A DNA stretch of 64,000 bases from a virus. Shown in pieces: positions 1 through 8,005 of this stretch. Location: the IMG/VR virus record IMGVR_UViG_3300035146_000010. One strand, written 5' to 3'. Position 1 is the stretch's first letter; each line of letters begins with the position of its first letter. The position numbers and the translations under genes are program-made. The notes beneath the pieces are model-generated. The model did not search any database. It was not told where the DNA came from and saw nothing but the letters and a program-made list of their open reading frames with translations.

Positions 1-1
1 A

Positions 2-106
2 TACGGAACACAATTAAAAGATAACGGAACATATAAAAAATGTAATGGTGCATATGGATGTAATCTTTTAGAAAAAGTTTATGCAGCAATTAACTACAAT
101 TATTAA
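2..106 (+). CDS. 3' end of a small ORF truncated by the window edge (ends ...GAYGCNLLEKVYAAINYNY*)
   Basis: Frame is open from the window start to TAA at 104-106. It is followed by the same 26-nt stop/terminator module seen at 46234-46259. Confidence 0.3.
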   Translation, partial: YGTQLKDNGTYKKCNGAYGCNLLEKVYAAINYNY

Positions 107-117
107 GCCTTTATTAA

Positions 118-150
118 CTGCCCGAAAACCCCAGGCCGTAGGGCAGTTTT
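118..150 (+). terminator. Intrinsic terminator hairpin (ctgccc...gggcag + TTTT)
   Basis: GC-rich 6-bp stem at 118-123/141-146 followed by a T run. It lies downstream of a stop codon. Confidence 0.6.
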
Positions 151-200
151 AATGCAGCCTATAGCCGGTCCCAAGCCCGGATAAATGCAGAGGGGAAAAT
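141..200 (+). repeat. 60-nt GC-rich intergenic element, copy 1 (identical to 605-664)
   Basis: gggcagttttaatgcagcctatagccggtcccaagcccggataaatgcagaggggaaaat occurs identically twice. Each copy sits after a terminator and about 20 nt before an RBS. Confidence 0.9.
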
Positions 201-220
201 GATTATAGGAGATTACAGAA

Positions 221-568
221 ATGAAAGGATATTGGAGAAATAACAAAATAGATGAAATTTGGCCCGGATATTCAGATGATTATGACAATCCAGAATGTAA
301 AGAAAAAGCCTTTAATAATATGTTATCTAAAGATAAAGAAGATGGCGTACATCCTTGTTTAAATTGTCAAGAAAATCTTAAAACTTTTGAATGTCCTAAT
401 GATTTTACTTTTCTATCTGAAATGGAAAAGCAAGGTCAGGACATGGAAGATAAAGGTTTATCTTGGTGCCATTATTGTAAGCAATATATGGAACCAGATG
501 AAATACGATATTCTACCTTATGTCCAATACATCCAGAACGCCCAGAAGAAGAATGGGAAGATTTATAA
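221..568 (+). CDS. Small Cys/His-rich acidic protein, function unknown
   Basis: 115-aa ORF with a GGAG RBS upstream. Contains CxxC-type pairs (CLNCQ, CHYCKQ, CPIHP). Confidence 0.6.
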   Translation: MKGYWRNNKIDEIWPGYSDDYDNPECKEKAFNNMLSKDKEDGVHPCLNCQENLKTFECPNDFTFLSEMEKQGQDMEDKGLSWCHYCKQYMEPDEIRYSTLCPIHPERPEEEWEDL

Positions 569-582
569 CTAAAGCCTATAAT

Positions 583-614
583 CCCCCGAAGGCTAACGCC
601 GGAGGGGCAGTTTT
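583..614 (+). terminator. Terminator-like hairpin followed by TTTT
   Basis: ccccc..ggc/gcc..gggg interrupted stem, then cagtttt, immediately after the stop at 568. Confidence 0.45.
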
Positions 615-664
615 AATGCAGCCTATAGCCGGTCCCAAGCCCGGATAAATGCAGAGGGGAAAAT
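605..664 (+). repeat. 60-nt GC-rich intergenic element, copy 2
   Basis: Identical to 141-200. Confidence 0.9.
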
Positions 665-686
665 AACGTTAATAAAGGAGAGCAGT

Positions 687-992
687 ATGGATTTAAAACA
701 AAATGATTTTGAGTATTTGCAAAATCAGATACAGCAAGGAAAAATGACACCTGATGAAGCAAATATAGAAATAATTAGGATGCAAAGAGTATTATTGGTA
801 ACGGGAAAAATCCCGGCAGAAGTAAGAAAGGCTTTAAATAATGCAGTAAAAACAGGGTATCTTTTTCATTTAAAAAAAGATGGAAATAAGCCAGAAGTTT
901 ATTTTCATCCAAATTTTGATTACCTGGCCAAACAGGAAAGGTATGAACACGAATTAAAGGTATTAAATTCTTTAAAATCAGTTTGTACATAA
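687..992 (+). CDS. Hypothetical protein
   Basis: 101-aa ORF with AAGGAG RBS. Confidence 0.6.
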   Translation: MDLKQNDFEYLQNQIQQGKMTPDEANIEIIRMQRVLLVTGKIPAEVRKALNNAVKTGYLFHLKKDGNKPEVYFHPNFDYLAKQERYEHELKVLNSLKSVCT

Positions 993-1006
993 AAAGGAGA
1001 AATAAA

Positions 1007-1354
1007 ATGATAAAATATACGTTTGGTCCGTGGGAAATTGATGGCGAAGAGATAGGTGTTAATATAAATGTAAATGGGGAGAGGTTTTTTAAATCTATTG
1101 CTACAATTGATCCTTTCCCGGGACTATATCAAACTACGGATGCATTAAAAGAAGGAGAATGCAACGCTTGTTTAATTGTGTCGGCACCTGAAATGCTTGA
1201 AGTTATTATGGATGCATTTTTTGGGGAGGTGTCGGCGAGCGAAGATGTGCGTTACAAATGGCAAAAAATTATTGAGAAAGCAACGGGGAATAAAATTGAA
1301 CAAATTTTAGAAGAAAATAAAGGAAAAATAAAATGGGCGAAAAAGAGTTTATAG
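1007..1354 (+). CDS. Hypothetical protein
   Basis: Internal ATG preceded by aaaaggagaaataaaATG, the consensus RBS cassette of this genome. Product begins MIKYTFGPWEIDG. Confidence 0.6.
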   Translation: MIKYTFGPWEIDGEEIGVNINVNGERFFKSIATIDPFPGLYQTTDALKEGECNACLIVSAPEMLEVIMDAFFGEVSASEDVRYKWQKIIEKATGNKIEQILEENKGKIKWAKKSL

Positions 1355-1443
1355 AAAACATTAAGAATTTAGACAGGACAGAAAAAGAATTGTCTGTAAA
1401 AGAATGCAAAGCAAAAGCATACAAAGAAGTTTTTGATTTATAG
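1333..1443 (+). CDS. 36-aa chimeric small ORF (N-terminus resembles the 3103 gene; next segment is identical to part of the 2800 gene)
   Basis: ATG at 1333 with RBS. DNA at 1333-1386 nearly matches 3103-3156. DNA at 1378-1404 is identical to 2812-2838. Confidence 0.4.
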   Translation: MGEKEFIENIKNLDRTEKELSVKECKAKAYKEVFDL

Positions 1444-1819
1444 TTTTGTGTTCGGGGACTTTTAAAGTCCCCTTGCATAAGATTATAAATTATATAATAC
1501 GTTACAAAAAATAAAATAACAGGAGTATTATAATATTAATGACAGTTATTTTAAATATAGGGAAACCTTGCTATATAAAAGATTTGTTTAATTTTGACGG
1601 AACAGATAAATTATTTATAGGTAATTTTCTAGGCTTTAAATATTGCCGGCATTGTTCTAATATATCTGTTTTGTCTTTTATCTCCTGTCAAAAATTTGAA
1701 GAATTATTTTATTGTCATTCTTTATCATTTTTTATTATCAAGAAATTAGAATTAATTAAAATTATTTGTAATTTAATTTTTAAAAGAAATTGGAAATTAA
1801 TGTTTTACGGGAGAAAAAA

Positions 1820-2071
1820 ATGGTATATGTAGATAATGCAAACATTCCTTTTAGAAATATGCGTATGTCGCATATGGTTGCAGATAGCACAAAAGAATTA
1901 AATGACATGGCGCAAAAAATCGGATTATCTAAGAAATACATACAACATGAAAATTCATTTAATGAGCATTATGATGTTTGTGTTTCTAAGAAAAAATTAG
2001 CAATTAAATACGGGGCTATTTTAATTGATAGTAAAGAGTTAGTTGCTATTATAAAAAATAAAATTAAATAG
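1820..2071 (+). CDS. DUF4031-like protein
   Basis: MVYVDNANIPFRNMRMSHMVADSTKELNDMAQKIGL...HYDVCVSKKKLAIKYGA fits the DUF4031 pattern as I recall it. GGGAG RBS upstream. Confidence 0.55.
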   Translation: MVYVDNANIPFRNMRMSHMVADSTKELNDMAQKIGLSKKYIQHENSFNEHYDVCVSKKKLAIKYGAILIDSKELVAIIKNKIK

Positions 2072-2083
2072 AGGAGAACAACA

Positions 2084-2425
2084 ATGAACTACAGGGAAAT
2101 TTATAATAGTAAAGTTGAACAGTTTAAAATACAGACTGTAAGTCAAATGTTAATTGATCGTGGGTGTGTATATGATACTGTAAATAATAAATATGATATT
2201 GGTTCAGTTATTAAGTTCAGTACTGATTGTATTGTATTGTCAGTTGATTTTACTAAAGATCATATCAGGATAAGAAGTGATTACACTGATAGAACTGGAA
2301 CTAATCGACCTGTTGATGAATTCATTATTGATGAAATTTCATATGAAAAAAGTCCTGACGATATAATCAGAATAATTGATGATATATTTATGCAACGTAT
2401 TGAAGACTGTAAATATTTCAAATAA
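2084..2425 (+). CDS. Hypothetical protein
   Basis: 113-aa ORF with GAGGAG RBS, followed by a terminator. Confidence 0.6.
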   Translation: MNYREIYNSKVEQFKIQTVSQMLIDRGCVYDTVNNKYDIGSVIKFSTDCIVLSVDFTKDHIRIRSDYTDRTGTNRPVDEFIIDEISYEKSPDDIIRIIDDIFMQRIEDCKYFK

Positions 2426-2440
2426 TTGATAACTCTCTAA

Positions 2441-2478
2441 CAGCCCCAATAGGATTTTGTCTTTGTGGGGCTGTTTTT
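2441..2478 (+). terminator. Intrinsic terminator
   Basis: cagcccca...tggggctg 8-bp stem plus TTTTT. Confidence 0.7.
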
Positions 2479-2494
2479 GTAAGGAAGGTAACAC

Positions 2495-2797
2495 ATGAAA
2501 ACAATATCATTAAAAAAAGCAAAAAACTTAAAACGTAAGTGGAGAATGGTTGTTGATGTATATCCTACTATGCGGCAGGTTGTAAGGGATCACAAGGACG
2601 AATTATTAAAAGACGGTTTTGAGCATTGTGTAATTGGTACCGGTGTTACTGCGTATACACATGATCGCTGTGTATATTTACAACCGGTTCAATCAATCAA
2701 ATTTTTGAATGGCTGGTATCTTATTATAGGTGAGGGAACACCGGGAAGAAGAAAAAAGTATACTGGTTGGTGTATAAAGGTTGATTTGGAGGTGTGA
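2495..2797 (+). CDS. Hypothetical protein, paralog of 17111-17416
   Basis: Shared blocks: KRKW, DELLKDGF, IGTG..AYTH, LIIGEG.PGR.K, GWCI. Confidence 0.65.
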   Translation: MKTISLKKAKNLKRKWRMVVDVYPTMRQVVRDHKDELLKDGFEHCVIGTGVTAYTHDRCVYLQPVQSIKFLNGWYLIIGEGTPGRRKKYTGWCIKVDLEV

Positions 2798-2799
2798 TA

Positions 2800-3084
2800 A
2801 TGGGTGTAATAACAGAAAAAGAATTGTCTGTAAAAGAAGAAATAAAAAAGAGACCTATGTCTTTGGAAAATTATTTTAAAGACAAGGATTTTTGTTTAGA
2901 GCAAATGAGGGAGGCGAGAGAGTTATTTGGAAATAGAAAAACAACTCCCGAACAATATCAAGCAATATATAGGGTAATTGGATTTGTGTTGCTTTATGGT
3001 CCTGAAGAAATTAGATATATGGCGCAGGCACTAATTGACGAAGTAGCGAGGAGAGAAATATTTTTTATTACAAATGTTTGGTAA
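2800..3084 (+). CDS. Hypothetical protein
   Basis: ATG at 2800 follows GGAGGTG. The track ORF starts at an upstream GTG. Confidence 0.55.
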   Translation: MGVITEKELSVKEEIKKRPMSLENYFKDKDFCLEQMREARELFGNRKTTPEQYQAIYRVIGFVLLYGPEEIRYMAQALIDEVARREIFFITNVW

Positions 3085-3102
3085 GTAAAAAGGAGAAATA
3101 AA

Positions 3103-3513
3103 ATGGACGAAAAAGAGTTTATAGAAAATATTAAAAATTTAGACAGGACAGAAAAACAATTTGTTGAAATTGTTAATAACTTGTTTCAAGACAAGGGATT
3201 AGAAAGCAGACTAATTATAAAAGATAATTCTGATCCTGAAGTTGACTTGGCTTTCAGTTTACACGGCCCGACAAGCGAAGAACAACAGGCTGCTGAAATT
3301 GTGAGCACTGCAATGAAGACATACACCATAAATGGATGTAAAAATGTTATTCATGGGAATATTGGACAAAACCATGAATTACGTGATTTAGAAATTGTAG
3401 AAAAACAAATAAAAATGATGTTGCACTTGCATGAGAAAACAGCACAGCAACTAGGACTAACACCGGAAGAATACGAAAACCGGATGGACAAATTATTTGA
3501 AAGCCTACATTAA
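3103..3513 (+). CDS. Hypothetical protein
   Basis: 136-aa ORF with the consensus RBS cassette aaaaggagaaataaaATG. Confidence 0.6.
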   Translation: MDEKEFIENIKNLDRTEKQFVEIVNNLFQDKGLESRLIIKDNSDPEVDLAFSLHGPTSEEQQAAEIVSTAMKTYTINGCKNVIHGNIGQNHELRDLEIVEKQIKMMLHLHEKTAQQLGLTPEEYENRMDKLFESLH

Positions 3514-3743
3514 AGGAAGTATTTTTATGAAATGTTTTACTTTGATTTATTTTACAAAGCAATTTGATAAATTTGAGTATGTAGAAAAAGAAATACCAAG
3601 TACATATGATAAAAAGATTGTTTTAAAAGAAAATGAAAAAAAAATGTAAACAGTCAATGTCATAAAATGGTAAGTAAAGGATTTTTATTTTCAAGATTTG
3701 TTAATAATACATGGGAATTTAAAAAAAGAAGAGGTGAAAATAA

Positions 3744-3944
3744 ATGAATAAAAATAAACCAGTATTTACTGAAGTTTGCTATGGAACAATTACGCCTGAT
3801 ATGACATTACGTGATTATTTTGCTGCAAAAGCAATGCAAGGAATGAAAGCATCAGAAACAGAAATGGTTGGTTATAGCGTTGAAAATCTTGTTAAAAATG
3901 CTTATATCATTGCTGATCAAATGTTGTTGCAAAGGAAAAAATAA
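3744..3944 (+). CDS. Hypothetical small protein
   Basis: 66-aa ORF with GAGGTG RBS. Confidence 0.5.
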   Translation: MNKNKPVFTEVCYGTITPDMTLRDYFAAKAMQGMKASETEMVGYSVENLVKNAYIIADQMLLQRKK

Positions 3945-3954
3945 AAAAAAATAC

Positions 3955-3983
3955 TTTACTAAAATGTCTTTTAATAGTATTTT
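3955..3983 (+). promoter_or_regulatory. Class A sigma70-like promoter (TTTACT-17-TATTTT)
   Basis: Same A-tract + CTTTACT -35 box and 17-nt spacing as at 16752, 20209, 42016, 45878, 46310 and 39635 (minus strand). Confidence 0.5.
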
Positions 3984-4001
3984 AACTATAAAGAGGCAAA
4001 A

Positions 4002-4754
4002 ATGAACAACATAACTGATTATACGTATGCTGAAATAAACTATGATATTTGTTTTATTAAAAAAATAACTCCTTACCTTGATGATATAAAAGACAAAAAC
4101 GGAAGACCGTTAAGAAACAAAGCCCGTGCCTATGCCTGGTATTATGTTTTTAATAATAATATTAAGGCAGATGCTTATAGACGGGCCTACCATAGTAGAT
4201 ATAATCCTGAAACCGGAAAATTAGAAGAAATAATTAGAGGTGATTTGACAAAAAAAGAAGCGAAGGCCAGAAATGTTCGTATTTCAGTTAAGGCAAATGA
4301 GCTGCATTCTTACCCTTATATCCAGCAATGTGTAGAACTTATTGAAAAAGACCACATAAAAAAAATAAAAAAAACCTTACCGCAAAGTATGTTAGAACAA
4401 TTAGTTATACATGCCACCTACGATCCATCTATGTTTTTTACTCCGCGTGGAAGAGTGGCCTTTAAAACCTGGGAAGAAATACCGGAAAAATACCGGTGTT
4501 GTGTTGAAGGAATAGAAACAAGGGCATATGGAAAAGATGGAAATGTAAGAATATCTACAATAAAATTAGTTGATAGGGACAAGGCCCGGAAATATTTACT
4601 ACAAATTTGCCCCGGCCTGTTAGAAGCTGAAAAACATGAAATAATACATAAGACAATAGATGAAAACGGAGCAGTTGTTGGAATGGACGTAAAAAAACTT
4701 ACGGATGCAGAGTTAATTCAAAAATATCAGGAACTGAAGAACAGGGAGAAATAA
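4002..4754 (+). CDS. terS: Putative terminase small subunit
   Basis: N-terminal ARAYAWYYVF...ADAYRRA helix region and C-terminal KLVDRDKARKYLLQI segment resemble Terminase_2-type small subunits. This is pattern recall only. Confidence 0.45.
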   Translation: MNNITDYTYAEINYDICFIKKITPYLDDIKDKNGRPLRNKARAYAWYYVFNNNIKADAYRRAYHSRYNPETGKLEEIIRGDLTKKEAKARNVRISVKANELHSYPYIQQCVELIEKDHIKKIKKTLPQSMLEQLVIHATYDPSMFFTPRGRVAFKTWEEIPEKYRCCVEGIETRAYGKDGNVRISTIKLVDRDKARKYLLQICPGLLEAEKHEIIHKTIDENGAVVGMDVKKLTDAELIQKYQELKNREK

Positions 4755-4756
4755 AC

Positions 4757-5092
4757 ATGGAAACAGGCAGCATTGTGGCGTTGATTACATCCGGCTTTAC
4801 TATGCTGGGCGGGATATTAACAATAATGAAGGTGTTTAGCATGATACATAAAAAAGCAAAAGAGGAAGGACGCAAAGAAGAACAGTTTTGTGAAATTATT
4901 AAAGACGTGAACGGTTATGGTAAGAGATTATTAGAAGCTGAAAAAGATAATATGATAACAAAGAATAAAATAAATAAGCTTGAAAATGAAATATCTGCTA
5001 AGCTTGATGTTATCATTATTAAAACAGAGAGTACAGAAAAGAGAATGGACAGAATAGAAAATCATATATTTAATCAGGGAGAGAGAAAATGA
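4757..5092 (+). CDS. Membrane-anchored coiled-coil protein
   Basis: N-terminal hydrophobic helix (IVALITSGFTMLGGILTIMKVF) followed by a heptad-like charged region. Confidence 0.55.
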   Translation: METGSIVALITSGFTMLGGILTIMKVFSMIHKKAKEEGRKEEQFCEIIKDVNGYGKRLLEAEKDNMITKNKINKLENEISAKLDVIIIKTESTEKRMDRIENHIFNQGERK

Positions 5093-5292
5093 ACGCATTG
5101 CAAAATTTAAAAAAAAAGAATAATCCGGGACGACAAAGGAAATTTTAAAGGGTACAAGGGAAATCCATTGTTTCATCCAAATCCCAATATTAAAGGTTTT
5201 TCCAGTACAGAAAAAAGGCTGAAGGGGATTTGCACCAGGTAAATAAAAAGCAAAGCAAAGAGAGACGTGGAAAACTGGTAAAGAAAATATAA
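5089..5292 (+). pseudogene. Basic protein gene split over three frames (frameshifted gene or assembly error)
   Basis: Three consecutive short frames read MNALQNLKKKNNPGRQRKF / KGYKGNPLFHPNPNIKGFSSTEKRLK / GDLHQVNKKQSKERRGKLVKKI. The breaks are near A-runs. Confidence 0.4.
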
Positions 5293-5341
5293 AACCCACT
5301 ATCAAAAAGCGGGAAAATTAAAATATAAGTGGAGGAACCAA

Positions 5342-5635
5342 ATGAAAATAATTTCAGGTTTACAGTATTTAGTTACAAAAGTAGTATCAGTATTTAAAAT
5401 AATAAAAAGGCTTTATAATAAAGATAAATTAAATTTATCTAAAACAATAACAATCCCTTTTACAAACAGAAATGTTACAGTTGTATTTGGCTGGTTGGTC
5501 CGGGACAAATGGGCCTTGTTTTCTGTATCTATGTTCCAGGTAGAATGGGATTGTTGTTTATCTGTTTTTGAATTAAAAGTTTTAAAATTCAGAATACATA
5601 TAATCACTTATAAAAGAAAAGGAACATCAAAATGA
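5342..5635 (+). CDS. Hypothetical protein
   Basis: 97-aa ORF with GGAGGA RBS. Its stop overlaps the next start. Confidence 0.45.
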   Translation: MKIISGLQYLVTKVVSVFKIIKRLYNKDKLNLSKTITIPFTNRNVTVVFGWLVRDKWALFSVSMFQVEWDCCLSVFELKVLKFRIHIITYKRKGTSK

Positions 5636-5868
5636 AAATAGGCAAAAGACTGGGAAAACATTCTTTTTATTTATTGTTTTCCTTGATTATTGTCTTTGTT
5701 GTTACGGAGCTAATAAAGCCTTTTGTACTGTTTGGAATGTCTATAGAAAGCTGGCAATTGGTCCTGGGAACAACACTGGCCCTACACGGAAGTGTCTGGG
5801 GATGTGTGGCAACAAAGAATTTTCGTAAACAGATTAACAAAGACAGTACATTACCTGGAGGAAATTAA
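5632..5868 (+). CDS. Small membrane protein, holin candidate
   Basis: Two hydrophobic segments plus a charged C-terminus. Located upstream of the endolysin-like gene. Confidence 0.45.
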   Translation: MKIGKRLGKHSFYLLFSLIIVFVVTELIKPFVLFGMSIESWQLVLGTTLALHGSVWGCVATKNFRKQINKDSTLPGGN

Positions 5869-5869
5869 A

Positions 5870-6010
5870 ATGATTTTAGAATATCCTATATCACAAAAAT
5901 TTAATACTGACCCGGATATCGAAGAACAAGAAAAAAAGGATTCTATGAATAACAAAATAGATAAAACAAAAAAAGAAGATCAATATGAAAGAGGAGTGCG
6001 GAATGGATAA
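5870..6010 (+). CDS. Hypothetical small acidic/basic protein
   Basis: ATG after ctggaggaaattaaa RBS. Confidence 0.4.
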   Translation: MILEYPISQKFNTDPDIEEQEKKDSMNNKIDKTKKEDQYERGVRNG

Positions 6011-6245
6011 AGTATTAGTAGCTATTCGGGTTAAAGGACATTGTATTATTCAGGGAAGTGATAAAAAAGTAACTGACTGGGAAATTTTGGGAATATACGG
6101 TATAGAGAACAGGGGAAAGGCTATACAACGTTGTAACCGGATTGGGGATATATTAGTTAGTCTCCCCTTTAATACAGATTTTCCTGATGAAGTGCAATAT
6201 TTCGGAAAAGATGAAATTGTGTTTCAAAATACACAATATGCATAA
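6003..6245 (+). CDS. Hypothetical protein
   Basis: ATG after GAGGAG. Overlaps the previous stop. Confidence 0.5.
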   Translation: MDKVLVAIRVKGHCIIQGSDKKVTDWEILGIYGIENRGKAIQRCNRIGDILVSLPFNTDFPDEVQYFGKDEIVFQNTQYA

Positions 6246-6257
6246 AGGAGAAAATTT

Positions 6258-7130
6258 ATGAAACAACTAACATACGGACAAAGACTTTTTGAAGATTTAT
6301 TTGAATTAAATAATTTTGATATAAGAACAATGCAGGCACGACCAAGCGTGTTTGTTATTCGTAATTGTTGTATAGGTCAAAATGGAACAGATTTCACGTA
6401 TGCAAAAGATACCGGGGACAATATTTGTGATTCGATTATATTATATTCTCCAGTAAACGGGGAATATAATATTGTTGAAGGCCGGACTATCCCGCATAGA
6501 AAATATCAAAAAAGAATGGTAGAGGGAACAGCACGGGCAAATTATATTTCGCCTGGACTATACCCGTTTGCATTACGAAAAGGACATCATAGAGGAAAAG
6601 AGGCATTAGTCCAAAACAAGGCATATATAATTTTTCGTTCTGCCGATATGATTTTTGGTAATGAAGACGATTATGCTGATCCGGACGGATTTGTGGCTGA
6701 TAACCTGCATGGCAATGCTCCCTATTCTGCCGGGTGTATTACTATTGCCGGCGATATGATAATAAATGAAAAAACAGGTGAAGAAATAAGAACAGGAGAC
6801 TGGGCAGAAACGCATGACTGGATTTATAACATAAATAAATCACAAACATTTTTTAATACGGGAATATTTAATTATTCTGATATAAGTTCCCGAAACAGGA
6901 ACAATTGGAAATTGATGCCCGGTAGCTACGGAGAAAGGGTAGCAATGTTGCAATCCGGCCTGAGGATTAAACCGGATGGGGACTTTGGTCCAGTGACGTT
7001 TTTTGCATTAAGAAAAAAACAAGAGGAACTGGGCTTATTTTCTAATGGTATTTTTGATATACGGACAAGGAATATCTGGGACCAGATGCAGATATTAGAC
7101 GTTGCAAAAAATCCTACAGAGGAAATTTAA
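6258..7130 (+). CDS. Putative endolysin: YkuD-like (L,D-transpeptidase fold) catalytic domain plus C-terminal PG_binding_1 domain
   Basis: NLHGNAPYSAGCITIAGD resembles the H..(S/T).GC motif. C-terminal LQSGLRIKPDGDFGPVTFFALRKKQEELGL fits the peptidoglycan-binding repeat. Confidence 0.55.
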   Translation: MKQLTYGQRLFEDLFELNNFDIRTMQARPSVFVIRNCCIGQNGTDFTYAKDTGDNICDSIILYSPVNGEYNIVEGRTIPHRKYQKRMVEGTARANYISPGLYPFALRKGHHRGKEALVQNKAYIIFRSADMIFGNEDDYADPDGFVADNLHGNAPYSAGCITIAGDMIINEKTGEEIRTGDWAETHDWIYNINKSQTFFNTGIFNYSDISSRNRNNWKLMPGSYGERVAMLQSGLRIKPDGDFGPVTFFALRKKQEELGLFSNGIFDIRTRNIWDQMQILDVAKNPTEEI

Positions 7131-7141
7131 GGAGAAATAAA

Positions 7142-7474
7142 ATGAAAAAAATATTTTTAATACTTTTAATTTTTTTGTATGGTACTATATTATTTGTCGG
7201 GTGTGCGTCTATGAAAAAGCCGGATATTGACAAAGATTATACCGGTTTTACGGTTACAGAAAAAAAGATGCAGTATGAATATGATATGTGCTGTTATGCG
7301 CAACAATTTAGCAAAATAGATTTGAAGTGCGACAACATAAAAGACAGGAACCAAAAAGTAAATATGATCCTGTTATATAACACATTAAAGAATACGGATG
7401 CCCTCCCGATTATTTATAGAAAAACCGGTGAAGAAATAATGACGTTTGACGATTTTAATAAATATATACAATAA
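7142..7474 (+). CDS. Lipoprotein (spanin or exclusion candidate)
   Basis: Signal peptide with lipobox LFVGC. Lies immediately after the endolysin-like gene. Confidence 0.6.
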   Translation: MKKIFLILLIFLYGTILFVGCASMKKPDIDKDYTGFTVTEKKMQYEYDMCCYAQQFSKIDLKCDNIKDRNQKVNMILLYNTLKNTDALPIIYRKTGEEIMTFDDFNKYIQ

Positions 7475-7483
7475 GGGGACAAA

Positions 7484-8005
7484 ATGATTAAATATAAAAA
7501 CATACAATTAAAATCAGTTTATGATTTAACACATTATTTAAAAAATATGTCGATAAAAGATAAATCATATTTATTTATTCGGGAGAATGAATATAAAATT
7601 GAAAGCACGATATGGGAAGAAATGTTTGAAATTTATCTAGAGACTATTCCGGTTGGTTTTGTGTATATCAATAAGCAAGTGGAACACCGTAAAGCTGTTA
7701 TTAATGGAATATATATTATTCCTGAATATAGAACCGCACATATTGCATTAATGGCAATGTTATGTGTTTGTGTTTATATTTTTAATTTTTTAGGATATAA
7801 TAAAATAGAATCATCTACAATCGAACATAATAGTCCCAGTTATGTGTTTCAGGATTCCTATATGAAAAAGGAAGGAACACAAATACAGTCATTGTATTAT
7901 CAAAGAAAGTTTTATGATCAAAGTCTCTTTGGTTTACGTTTGTTTGAGTTTGAAGAATTATTAGAAAAACATAAAATTAAATTAAGCGATGTTAGAATAA
8001 TATGA
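7484..8005 (+). CDS. GNAT-family acetyltransferase-like protein
   Basis: INGIYIIPEYR...ALMAMLCVCVYIFNFLGYNKIESSTIEHNSPS resembles the RimJ/RimL-type GNAT core. The stop overlaps the terL start. Confidence 0.4.
   Translation: MIKYKNIQLKSVYDLTHYLKNMSIKDKSYLFIRENEYKIESTIWEEMFEIYLETIPVGFVYINKQVEHRKAVINGIYIIPEYRTAHIALMAMLCVCVYIFNFLGYNKIESSTIEHNSPSYVFQDSYMKKEGTQIQSLYYQRKFYDQSLFGLRLFEFEELLEKHKIKLSDVRII

Noticed and set aside
1539-1832. 97-aa + strand ORF in the track.
   Set aside because: It has no convincing RBS and its composition is low-complexity, Phe/Ile/Lys/Cys-rich, typical of translated AT-rich spacer. It overlaps the better-supported DUF4031-like gene start at 1820. It is probably an intergenic or promoter region.
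4931-5305. 124-aa minus-strand ORF spanning the region with no + strand ORF.
   Set aside because: It has no RBS, it overlaps the 3' end of 4757-5092, and its translation is low-complexity. The + strand reads as a coherent frameshifted basic protein instead.
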